A stretch of 64,000 bases of DNA from Aplysia californica (taxonomy: Eukaryota), in contig NW_004797388.1 in assembly GCF_000002075.1 (NCBI RefSeq), positions 689,169 to 753,168 of the forward strand, written 5' to 3'. Position 1 is the stretch's first letter, and each line of letters begins with the position of its first letter. Position numbers and translations under genes: made by a program. Of this stretch, positions 1-11,850 are shown piece by piece. The notes under the pieces were generated by a model. The model saw nothing but the letters and a program-made list of their open reading frames with translations. It was not told the origin of the DNA and did no database searches.

Positions 1-132
1 TAAATCTTCGAGGGACACGCTTCTTCAACCTTAGTTCTCAGGGTCAACCTTGATTGTGTAGGAGACTAAATCTCAGCAGAAACAGGGAGACAAAGGATGA
101 AACATCTGCAAAAGGGATTTAAACACATATAT

Positions 133-480
133 ATATAATAATAAATAAATAGCATTTGTATAGCGCATATTCCCCGCTCAACAGCAGGCTCTATGCGCTT
201 TACACTATATTATTACCCCAGCAGACCATAGAACATTCCGAAACATTCTCAGCTTCCCGGGAAGCATACAGTGCAAGCAGCTGATTAAGCGCTCAAACAC
301 TAACAAACTGACAAGATCTTTCGCTGTCTATAGCCGGGTACCCATTCCCACCTGGGTGAAGTGAGGAAAATTCGTGTAAAGTGCCTTTCCCAAGGACACA
401 ACATCGGGTCCCTGACGGGATTCGAACCCACGACCTTACGGTTGCGAGTCCGAGAGCCTAACCACTAGGCCACCGACGCC
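133..480 (-). mobile_element. tRNA-derived CORE-like SINE with L2-type tail
   Basis: Minus strand: A box tggcctagtgg, B box ggttcgaatcc, CORE-like tgtgtccttgggaaaggcacttt, 3' stem gcgcata...tatgcgc, (TAT/TATT)n tail; TSD acatatat (125-132 / 481-488). Fragments also at ~16540-16650 and ~39550-39700 (minus). Confidence 0.88.
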
Positions 481-594
481 ACATATATCTTTTGCATGCT
501 CTAGCAGCAGCTAACCAGAGAGAGATAGAGAATGAGTGAAACATTTATCATTGAATACATTTTTATGCCCCTTTCAAAACTTTAAGGTTATGTC

Positions 595-768
595 TAAGAG
601 GCAGGACCTCCAAAACTAAAGTTGTACTCCTACAGGACTGAGCCAAAAGAGAGGAGAGCCCTAAAAACTCCCCAAAACAATCCAAGTTCAGAACGCTCAG
701 TTAGGGATTCAAATCAGGGCCATCGGCTCCATTCCTGCATGATGCCAACTAAGCTAACACAGGGCGCA
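595..768 (-). mobile_element. Degenerate tRNA-like SINE, family C
   Basis: Similar to 56042-56198 (minus) and 39131-39310 (plus): agctcagttggcatcatgc...gaatccc...gcgttcttga. Confidence 0.6.
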
Positions 769-1939
769 TAGTGAGAGAAAGAGAGATAGAGGGGGGGAGA
801 GAGAGATAGAAACAAAGAGAGTGAAATAGAGAGAAAGAGAGAAAGACAGACAGACAGAGATAGAGAGACAGAGAGAACGTGTTCAGTCTAGGTTTTAGTT
901 TTTAGGTGGAGACCACTAACAAAAATAAGACATACTATTTAAGTTTAAAGCCTTCTAGTCGCATAATGATGGTCACTGTCACTAGGGGTGGTTCGTTAAC
1001 TGGAATATTTTTTATCGGCTGTACAGTGGACAAGAGATTTACTGCTGCTTATAATTTCCATTCAGTTTATAAATCTTAATTTTTTAAATATTTATTTTCA
1101 ACATTCAAAAAGCACTTTGCTGATTTGAAGGCGCCCAAAAAAGACGATAGGGGTTCACTGAAAAGTTGATGCACTTCTTCCTCTCTGTTTAAGTAACGCT
1201 CGCAACTTTGTTGTCACAGCCTCTTGTCACTATGAACAACTTAGCGCGAACAACATGTTCCTAGCCGGCGATTTTACAAATTGTCTCCTGGGCCCAAAGA
1301 GAAAGCCTTAGTAGTTGCCTATTCGGCTTCTCAGTTGCTTACTTTATTGAAGGATATTAGACTATTTAATACATATTATTATTATGCATTTCATCTGTAA
1401 CATTATCAGCAAACTGTCTCTAATTACTGTCAGTACATTTATTGTCAGAATAAGCCCAAATCTATATTGCCTAGAGAGATTTTTGGTCACTCATGGTTCT
1501 GTTTGATGTTCTATTCGTCACTTGTAAACTTCCTACTGAGACCTTACCTGGCAGACCGGTGCTTTCAACAATTGGCCTGTCACGTTATATCATATATCTA
1601 TATATAGACGAAATTTTACTAAGGAAGAGAGAGGAACTCGGCTGACAGTGTGTGGGCCACCAAAATAATACCCTTCCTTCCCCTTTTTCCTTACCCCAGC
1701 TACACACTTAAGATGCAAAAGTTCTATAATTAGCATTTGACACAGTTCCAGTTCCCCACATACCCTTATGCAGTCTTATGAGAAGTACGGCTAGAACGTT
1801 TGATTATCATGACCAGGAATTGTGCGCTAAGTTCAATGCGAGTACATTTTAAGTACATCGTGGAATCTGATTCTAGACTCGATCTGCATGGGACAGCGTC
1901 ATGTCATTGGTACGGTATCAATTATTTCTTTTTTTTGGT

Positions 1940-2420
1940 AAGTTTTTTAAGGCGCTCGCAACTGCAAAAGTTCATATGAGCGCGCTGGACACATTAAACT
2001 TTTTCAGTTGTAAGAAATGTTATCATTTTGCCTGGGTGGCGGCTGAAGCCTACTCTTCGATTTTAGACACCAAAGGATCTTTAGCGCGTGCAACTTGCAC
2101 ACGGGCCCTTGTCCGAGAAGGTTAGGGGTAGATCTTTCCTTCCAGAATATCAGGAGTGTGGCTGAAAGACAGCAGTAAGAAGGAGCCAAGGAGTAGCAGA
2201 CTTAGAACAGCTGCAGAAAGAGTCAGGAGCCCAGAGGAGGGGGCAAAGGGGGTGAGGGGGTGGGGGCAGAAAGAGGAGATGAAAGCAGACGACAGAACAT
2301 TGCTAGAGAGCAGGAAAGGAGACAATTTTAGAGAATAACAATTTTCGCTCGCTACCCGCATTCAAACCCAGGATCTTTGAATGAGAGGCCAACGTCCTAA
2401 CTTCTATGCCATGAGAGCCC
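1940..2420 (-). mobile_element. tRNA-derived SINE, family B
   Basis: tRNA-like head at the right end, gcgctc...gagcgc terminal stem-loop; colinear second copy at 50410-50917. Confidence 0.82.
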
Positions 2421-2524
2421 CCAATTATTTCTTCAGACCATCTTAAAATTGTATTTAAACTCTATAACATTATGTAGATGTAGATGCTTTAGGGCTCAGT
2501 ATGCATTTGGCGTGTGTGTGAGAG

Positions 2525-2530
<6 letters not shown>

Positions 2531-2604
<74 letters not shown>
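2531..2604. repeat. (GT)n microsatellite
   Basis: Seen directly. Confidence 0.97.
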
Positions 2605-2605
<1 letters not shown>

Positions 2606-3696
2606 TGAGGGATCGCGAAGATAGAAGGTATACAACGGAGAGTGTGTATGTGGGGTTTTTTTTCTGGGGGAGGGGGAGGAAGGGGGGAAGGTGTTGGGGT
2701 TAAAGGGGAGGACGTGGGAAGAGGGAATCGATGAGAATGACAGCTGAATTTGACCATAGTTTGATGTTTTGCAATTAGGTTTGAATAGAGTATCTCTCCA
2801 TATCGGCACGCGTGTAAAAAAGTAATCGTATAGAAGAACCAAAAGTAATCGTTGGTGGGGTCAAAACTGGTAGGCCTATCCCAAAACGGGACCCACAATC
2901 TATAGTGTGGTCAAAAATTCAGGGCACAACTTATCCTCAAATATCTTTTAAAATAAAGCCTAAATCAATGTCACTCATACTTTGAACAGCAGTTTGTCTC
3001 AATTTGTCTTAACTTAATCATATTTTTTCAAAACAGTTGAGACTAGATTTAAAAAACTTTTCTTCATAAAATCATAAAATACATGTCTGCTACAAATCTC
3101 CTTCACACGGAAAATTGGATCGTTCACAGCACTTCCCACTTCTCGCACACATTAGGTCACAGCTAACCAGTGATACTTGTGGCAAAACTTGTTACAAGAA
3201 ATTAACTCTGTAGTGAACACTTTTTTGACCTAAAAGTGTTCAAAACATGTGTTCAATTATAAAGATAATCTCGCAATTAGAAAAAAAAGACGGACTTGCT
3301 TTTAAAAGCGATATCGTCCCAGCTGTAAACTTGTTTTAATCTGTAGAAACCACCCACTAGGATTTTTTGTTTATTAATTTTCTAGAATAGGAATCTCTAA
3401 CAGGTCTTTACAAAAATATTGATCTGTTAAGACAAGTTATGGTGCAATTTAAAAGCTGGAGTTATTATCAAGGCATTCCTCCTCCTATATTCAAGAGTTG
3501 AGGTAGCTTTTAATTTTAAGCACAAGGGGGCTATCTCGAAAAATGCTGTTTTGAGAAACATCGAAGGTAAAGTTTTTGCCCCTTGTTCAGTTTCTTTGAA
3601 AGTCAAGAGAGTTTTCTTTGTATATAAACCAAACAAATATAAACACCAATGAAACCAAACTTCACTAGATCTATAGTCTATAGACTATAGGTAGAG

Positions 3697-5302
3697 CTCT
3701 CTCTCTCTTGCCCTTTTTAACTCCCGGTGGAGCACAGGCCATCAACAGCATTACTCCAGCGAAGCCTGTCCTGAGCATCCTCTTCTATCTGTTTCCATGA
3801 TGTCCCTGCTTTTTCAATTTACTCTTGTACCGCTCGCCTCCATGTCATCTTTGGTCTTCCCTTCTTACGTTTTCCTTGTGGGTTCTACTTTAAAGCCTGC
3901 CTGATGATGCTTGTCGGGGGCTTCCTCAGGGTGTGTCCAATCCATTTCCATTTCTTCACTTGTATGTTTTCCTTTACTGGCCTCTGGCTTGTTCTTTCCC
4001 ACAGTTGAGCATTAGTGACTCGATCGTACCACTTGATCCCCACTATCCTTCGTAGACATCCATTTACGAAGCTCTGCAGTTCCCTTGCTGCTTATGCTGT
4101 GAGCCTCCATCCATGTCTCTGAACCATACAGTAGAACAGTTTTCACGTTTATTTTGAAGATCCTCAGTTTGGTGTTCAATCCCAGTTCCTTAGACATCCA
4201 CATATATTCCTGAGAATGATGAATGCTGCTCTTGCTTTTTGGATTCTGATCTTGATGTCTTCGTCTGTTCCCCCTGCCTTGTTGATAACACTTCCCAGGT
4301 AGGTGAAGGATTCAACATCTGCCAATGGTGCCCCTTGCAGAGTGATAGGAACGTCGGGTGCATTCATCCGTAGAACTTTTGTTTTCTCCGTGTGAATATG
4401 GAGTCCAACACTACGGGAGAAAGTCCTGAGGCGATCTGTTTTCTGTTGCATCTGGGCTCGACTGTGAGAAAAAAGTGCCAAGTCGCCGGCAACATCCAAG
4501 TCTTCCAACTGACTGGAAAGGGTCCACTGTATGCCACCGCGTTGTCCCGATGTCGTCTGTCTCATTATTCAATCCACTGCTAATAAAAAGAGAAAAGGCG
4601 ATAGCAGGCATCCCTGTCTCACTCAGGCTGTATTCACTTCAAATGAGTCTGTCCGCTGCGCTCCAAGTTAGACACTGCAACTCATTCCCTCATATCTTCT
4701 CTATCAATCCCACGAGCTTCTTGTCAGGTATTCTGTAGCAGCGCATGAGCTTCCATATTGAGTCCCTATCTAGGCTGTCAAAAGCTTTCTCGTAGTCGAC
4801 AAAGTTAACGTACAGGGAAGAGTTCCACTCTGTGGACAGCTCCACTATGATCCTCAAAGTTTGCAATCTGATCTGTACATGATCTCAAAATTACGAAATC
4901 CTGCCTGCTCCTCTCTTAGTTTTGCATCCACGGCTTCCTTCAGTCTTTCCAGTATGGTACGACTTAAAATCTTCCCAGGAATGGACAGGAGCATGATTCC
5001 TCTGTAGTTTTTACACTCATGCAGGTCTCCTTTCTTGGGTAGTTTCATGAGCAATCTCTCTCTCCAATCCTGTGGAAATTATTTGTTGTCCCATATCTTG
5101 CCAATAATTCCATGAAGAATCCCTGACGCAGTGTCGATATCTGCCTTGAGAACTTCTGGGGGAATTCTATCTGGGCCGGCAGCCTTGCCTGCTATCTGGT
5201 GTCTTTTATCGCCTCCTTGATCTCCTCTAAACTAGGCTTTTCTTCACTCACCCCCAGATCAATCTCTGCTGGTGGAATGTCAAACAGTTTTTCTGGCCTT
5301 GG
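3697..5302 (-). mobile_element. RTE-clade non-LTR retrotransposon, degraded 3' part (runs into a gap)
   Basis: [63 protein letters not shown]; frameshifts; (AG)n tail. Confidence 0.93.
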
Positions 5303-6099
5303 NNNNNNNNNNNNNNNNNNNNNNNNNNNNNNNNNNNNNNNNNNNNNNNNNNNNNNNNNNNNNNNNNNNNNNNNNNNNNNNNNNNNNNNNNNNNNNNNNN
5401 NNNNNNNNNNNNNNNNNNNNNNNNNNNNNNNNNNNNNNNNNNNNNNNNNNNNNNNNNNNNNNNNNNNNNNNNNNNNNNNNNNNNNNNNNNNNNNNNNNNN
5501 NNNNNNNNNNNNNNNNNNNNNNNNNNNNNNNNNNNNNNNNNNNNNNNNNNNNNNNNNNNNNNNNNNNNNNNNNNNNNNNNNNNNNNNNNNNNNNNNNNNN
5601 NNNNNNNNNNNNNNNNNNNNNNNNNNNNNNNNNNNNNNNNNNNNNNNNNNNNNNNNNNNNNNNNNNNNNNNNNNNNNNNNNNNNNNNNNNNNNNNNNNNN
5701 NNNNNNNNNNNNNNNNNNNNNNNNNNNNNNNNNNNNNNNNNNNNNNNNNNNNNNNNNNNNNNNNNNNNNNNNNNNNNNNNNNNNNNNNNNNNNNNNNNNN
5801 NNNNNNNNNNNNNNNNNNNNNNNNNNNNNNNNNNNNNNNNNNNNNNNNNNNNNNNNNNNNNNNNNNNNNNNNNNNNNNNNNNNNNNNNNNNNNNNNNNNN
5901 NNNNNNNNNNNNNNNNNNNNNNNNNNNNNNNNNNNNTGGGTTAGCATACACTACTTGTAACTTACCGTCTTGAGACACTCTGATTCCTAACTGCAGAGCC
6001 AGATTATCCTGACTGACGACTGACAAAATAAAGTGACAAAGACTAAGAGCCTCTCAAGTCTTGGCTACTTTCGTTTTTAGGCCAGATGTTGTTCAATGT

Positions 6100-6405
6100 T
6101 GATTCAATGTCACACCGGAAGAGACTAGAGAGTCGATTCCAAATGACAAAACAATAAACATAGTATCGATATTACCTAGTTTCCTGTGTGAGTAAACTCC
6201 AAGGAAACTTTCTGTGGGAACCTTTCATTTTGACAAGGTTTGGATATTTTCTAGCTCACAAATTTCCTGTGAAGATAGCAGAGAAAATCATTATCTTACT
6301 TCAGTTCTTCTATTGAGTTATGAATGCACTAAGAATCTAGATCTATCTCTTGATTGTCCTTCAGAAATTAGCTATTCAGATGTAGTGATGTATTATCGAT
6401 AGGGT
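6100..6405. promoter_or_regulatory. Candidate housekeeping, possibly bidirectional, promoter
   Basis: Two exact TATCGATA (DRE) motifs at 6164-6171 and 6394-6401, ETS-like ccggaag (~6115) and ttcctgt (~6181); divergent donor-like sites on either side. Confidence 0.35.
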
Positions 6406-8170
6406 GAAAAGAAATGAGAGCAGCAGGCAAGAGATGATTTAAGATAAAGATGTGATCACTTTGCTGCTCTTATTATGTCTTATATGTTTACTGTACGTCA
6501 GGTCTGGGTGTCTGAATTTTTGTAAAGTTAGATCTAGATTGTAATCTAGATCTAAGTGGGATCGGATATCCGGCTTAACTGTAGACAGTGAAAGATCTTG
6601 TCAGTTTGTTAGTGAAGTGTTTGTTGTAGATCTAGAATCTAGAGATCAAGTCTAGAATCTAGATCTAGATATCTAGATATCTAGATTTCTAGCTAGTTTG
6701 TTGAGACTGAGAATAGCGCAGGCGAGTCTTTTGGCTATTCTCACATGGTGTGCGTTCACCGTTATAGCCTAGATCTAGATCTAGATCTAGGCCAACCAGT
6801 TTTTTTGCGTTCACCCTGAACCACAGAATTCTACACTGTAATAACAGAATTGTAGAGAAGGAGTAGGAAGTGGCGGGTGAGAATAAAAATACGAACGATC
6901 TAATCTAGATCTAGATTCTACCTCTCACCCCGGGTGAGACTTGCCAGCGTGCTATTCTCACCCGGTGTGAAACAAGACCTGTTTTTCCTCATTTTGGAAT
7001 ACTGTCTATTGAAATTNNNNNNNNNNNNNNNNNNNNNNNNNNNNNNNNNNNNNNNNNNNNNNNNNNNNNNNNNNNNNNNNNNNNNNNNNNNNNNNNNNNN
7101 NNNNNNNNNNNNNNNNNNNNNNNNNNNNNNNNNNNNNNNNNNNNNNNNNNNNNNNNNNNNNNNNNNNNNNNNNNNNNNNNNNNNNNNNNNNNNNNNNNNN
7201 NNNNNNNNNNNNNNNNNNNNNNNNNNNNNNNNNNNNNNNNNNNNNNNNNNNNNNNNNNNNNNNNNNNNNNNNNNNNNNNNNNNNNNNNNNNNNNNNNNNN
7301 NNNNNNNNNNNNNNNNNNNNNNNNNNNNNNNNNNNNNNNNNNNNNNNNNNNNNNNNNNNNNNNNNNNNNNNNNNNNNNNNNNNNNNNNNNNNNNNNNNNN
7401 NNNNNNNNNNNNNNNNNNNNNNNNNNNNNNNNNNNNNNNNNNNNNNNNNNNNNNNNNNNNNNNNNNNNNNNNNNNNNNNNNNNNNNNNNNNNNNNNNNNN
7501 NNNNNNNNNNNNNNNNNNNNNNNNNNNNNNNNNNNNNNNNNNNNNNNNNNNNNNNNNNNNNNNNNNNNNNNNNNNNNNNNNNNNNNNNNNNNNNNNNNNN
7601 NNNNNNNNNNNNNNNNNNNNNNNNNNNNNNNNNNNNNNNNNNNNNNNNNNNNNNNNNNNNNNNNNNNNNNNNNNNNNNNNNNNNNNNNNNNNNNNNNNNN
7701 NNNNNNNNNNNNNNNNNNNNNNNNNNNNNNNNNACGCTGTTATAATGATGGTGTATACTTGTAAACTACTTTCAATGTTTGAATGCACTATTGTTTGATA
7801 GTTTAAGATTTACAATATTCTGTATTTAACATACAATTACGTGTGCACTCAGGACTCAGGAAGAGTAAAAATGCCCTATTTTTAGTAACTATTATCTTTC
7901 TATGAAGAGATAAGATGCACACATCAATCTACTTGCTCATGCAGCTTGACCAACTTATTTCCTTGCCGCATAAAGTTTTCAGAAGAAAACATATTTTACC
8001 ATGAGTAGTGGTTGATTTAAAAAGTCCTCATGCAAACACCCCCACCTTTTGGCAAAAGCTCAGCAATGTTCTGTTGTCTGCTTTCAATTCCACTTTCTGC
8101 CCCCCAAAAATACCCCTCGCGCGGAGGCCGTTTTCCGGCCCAAGGCGCAGCGGGCGATTGGCATTGCTAA

Positions 8171-8249
8171 ACAAAGTCACGAAGTATGCAGACCCGGGAG
8201 GGGAAATCTTTTGTGATTTCGGAAAGTTTCAGCGCCCAAACCCAGTATA

Positions 8250-8280
<31 letters not shown>

Positions 8281-8840
8281 TGAGAGAGAGAGAGGAGGGG
8301 GAAGTGCTAGCAAAAATATCACATGCCCCAGTTGACAGGAGGGAACGAGAGAAAGATAAAATGGGAAAGTAGGTGGGGGAGAAAGAAAGAATAGAGACAA
8401 ACAAAGAGAAAGAGAAGACGAGTGATACATAGAGAGAGAGAGGCAGGCAAAAAAGAGGGTAGAGAGACAGAGAAATAGAGAGGGTGACTGCTTGATTGAA
8501 ATTATGACATTGTTCTTTTCTTCAAATTGTCTTCTAATTGATTCCTCCAACTCCAAAACAGGAAAAACGATGGTTCCTCGAAAAGACATTCGCAGTCTTC
8601 ATTTAGATCTAGATCTAGGCCTCGAAACTAGATCTATGATTTATCATGTCTGTCTGTCTACTGACTGTCTAGATCTAAATCTAGGCCATAGATCAAGAAG
8701 AACCTAGGTACTAGTACTAGGTAGGTTCTACCCTGAGCCAAGAGGGCGATGAAACTTTCCGAAATCACAAAAGATTTTCCCTACCGGGTCTGTATACTTC
8801 GTGACATTGTTCCCGGTTACCGGGTCTGTATACACTCCCT
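8171..8840. mobile_element. MITE/foldback remnant with ~66-bp inverted repeats
   Basis: 8171-8237 is the reverse complement of 8744-8810 (gaaactttccgaaatcacaaaagatt...gggtctgtatacttcgtgac). Confidence 0.75.
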
Positions 8841-9582
8841 ATTATTTATAACATAATTAGCAGTTTCGCCGTCATTAAGTACGGCTAGCTTCTTCCTTAT
8901 AATTTTGGTGAATTACAGTCTGATGACATTAATGACAATCTTATCTATCTATCTGTCTGATTGTCTGTTTCAATCTCTTTTACTTAAGATCTAATTTTAT
9001 GGAGCGGGTAGATCTAGAGTAAACTTACCGGTTCGGGCAGAAGGTTTTTTTTTTTCGTTTTCTGGCACTGGGGCACAAAAATGTCATTAAAAATTTTGTT
9101 TTCAAATCCAACCCCAAAAGAGTGGCACACAAACCTAAAAAAGCTACCTCCTTTACTTTCGTTGACGCTAACTACAGTGACGGCGACATTTTGCTAAAAA
9201 TAGTCCTTAACACTTTCCCTACCGCGACTCCAGTACCGAAATTCTCAGCAGATCCAAGTTTTCATAATAATAGAATAGATAAACTTCCTGTTAGCAGACC
9301 AAAAAAAATGATAGACTTTCAGTCATTTCAACGCTTTTTTTGTCCCCTTCGAAACATAAAAATGAGAAGAAAAACGGTCCGTCCCCTGACTTCCGTATGT
9401 CTTCTATTTTCACTTCTATATTAGGTACACATACACATAACTTTCAGCATTTCTTTGCATTAGTTACTTTTGAGGCAACCTACCTGGGAAGTTTGAATGA
9501 TGCTGCAAACCTGGAAAATTGTTGATTTCATACATGAAACCTTCGATAATGCATTCACTTTTTGAAGCCCCAAACTAACATA

Positions 9583-10397
9583 TAGTCAAACCTGTGTAAG
9601 ACGGCATCCCATTGTCAAGGAGAAAAGTGGCCGTATTTATAGACAGGTGGCCGTCTTAGGGAGGACTGATCAAGATGAAGAAAACAAACCATTCCCATCT
9701 GAGGTCCTAATCGAAAGTAACCTCATTGTTGTTGTTGTTGGTTTGTATTTTGTTTGTAATTTTTATTTTGTTGCTGATTTTGCGCAAGGGTGACTATAAA
9801 ATGAAATATATCAGACGAAGAAGACTGAGTGCCATCTTAAAACAAACACATGGGTCGCCACCACTCGGAGAACGATCGACGCTTCTGTCACAAGTTCATG
9901 TTGACTTCCTTTGTTACAGACTGGGTAAACAGTGACCACTCATTTCACTTACGATTTGGCATATTATATGAGTTCTGGGCAGGGCTTATGGGTTATGAGG
10001 GATCACACACTTACCTCACCAGCAGCTGAAAATTGGTACCTATTGGTCAACAGTGGGAGGGGCCTACACAATATGATCGGTTGGAGGGACTACCTAACAA
10101 CAACGGCAGGTGATGGAATTGTGACGGGTCGACCACAACCACAGGGGCCAATGCACAATTTATGACAAAACGTAATGGAGTCATTAAGGCAGGTGGCCGT
10201 CTAAGACAGGTGTTATTATTATTGCTTAGTGTGATAGAGGTTGTGTGTTAAAATATGGTGGCCCCGGCCGCGTTGAACAGGTCCCGTTTTACACAGTTAA
10301 ATTATAGAAAAAACGCAAGGGGGGAAATGGAAAGTGGCCGTTTGTACAGGTGGCCGTCTTATAGAGGTGGCCATCAGACTCAGAGCAGGTTCGACTT
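9583..10397. mobile_element. Tc1/mariner-pogo-like MITE
   Basis: Ends ta|tagtcaaacctg ... caggttcgactt|ta; repeated subterminal aggtggccgtctta; related end at ~32600-32652. Confidence 0.75.
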
Positions 10398-11568
10398 TAA
10401 TTTAAATTTGAATAAATCTTCAATATTATATCACCATCTGATAGATTATTTTTTAACCTTCAGAACAGTTTGATGGGCCACATGATATGGTTTGAGTGTG
10501 TTTAATTGGATGTTTTGACATTTTCCTGTGGTGGGGTAGGGGCGTAAAAATAGGTCAGGGAAAAGCCCTGGGCCAGTGGTGGATTTTGGCCTGGTAGGAA
10601 AAGAGCTAAGATAGCTTTTTCTTCATCAACTGAGCAAAACAGCGTAAAGCTCTTCCCCCTGGAAAAGTTAACATTGGTTGTGGATGAAGGAGCCTGTGGC
10701 CTAGTTTCTACGTTTTTATTTTAAAACTCTGAAAGCAATATTCCAATTTTTGTTTGAGTTAAGAAATTTATCCTGAGTACGGTTACGTCGTTTTGTTGAT
10801 GCAAGACCACAAAAACGAATTCTCTCGTTTTTCCCTAAACCCACACTTTGAGAAAGTGAAAATAGATGTTTTTGTTTCCTAAATCCTTTCCAAGTTTTTC
10901 AATAGCAATAAAAAGTAATTATAAATGATGGATTGTGTTAAAACGAAAAATACTGAAGCACCCTATCACAGCCGATATATCAGCGATACGTCTGCAATGG
11001 GTGTGGACTCGAGCCGATATATCGGCATATGCCCAGAAAGAGTTAATAAGCTTGCAAAGAAACAAATGTGATAATAATTGAAAATGACCGAATGTCAAAA
11101 TACTGCCCGAATCCATGAGAAAATGTTTATAAATGTGACCGAACACGTAAATAAATCTGGCTTCATTTTCACTCCCAGTCAGGGCCTCAAATATGCGAAC
11201 AAGCTCAAACGGTACATTTGTTGGGTCATCCAATCACAGGGTTTCCTGTTGCAAGTTTCGGTTTACCTCTCAGGCAAGGCAGATAGGAGATATTTAAATA
11301 AAACTTTAAAGTTGACATACCTATTTTTGTCCAAATTTTGACTGAATGGTAATATTGCTGTAGAATAAAAACAACAGACACCATTGCTGCAAGGCAAGAC
11401 AGATTGAAGTGGAGGTTCATGATCGCCCACGCCAGGCTCCGGATGAGTATAAGAAAAATGAAGACATTTGTTTTGTGCAGTAGAGATTGTCAGACGTCTT
11501 TCTAAGAAAATATAACTGTAAGATCATACCTTTTTTCTCCTCTGTTAATAGGCGGTAACTTTCCAAGC

Positions 11569-11850
11569 ATGTCAGACAGCGAAGATAGCAATTTTTCTGG
11601 CAATGAAAGTGATGGAGGAGAGGACAAAGCTGGGTCAGATGATGGAGATGCCAGTGACAAAAATGAGGGCAGCGATCGTAATGAGGACAGTGACAAAGGA
11701 GATGACAGCGACAAGAATGATGACAGTGATGGGGAGCAGGACAACTCGCAAGATAAGAATTTGAATGATGATGAGGCAGAGGAAAGTGATGGCGATGGAG
11801 AGAAGGACGATGGCGATGAAGAGGAGCCTGAGGGAGAGGACCTTGATAAT
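11569..11850 (+). CDS. SUPT5H: SPT5 coding exon 1 (acidic N-terminus)
   Basis: Acceptor ttaatag|11552, ATG 11569, [15 protein letters not shown]..., donor gtaagt at 11851. The acceptor implies an upstream 5'UTR exon. Confidence 0.92.

Noticed and set aside
405-480. tRNA gene (also ~50840-50917 and 55490-55555)
   Set aside because: These are SINE heads: A/B boxes continue into repeated bodies and tails, with no clean cloverleaf or terminator.
5192-7788. Long ORFs rich in X (also 53946-54320 and 59193-60290)
   Set aside because: Artefacts of N gaps.
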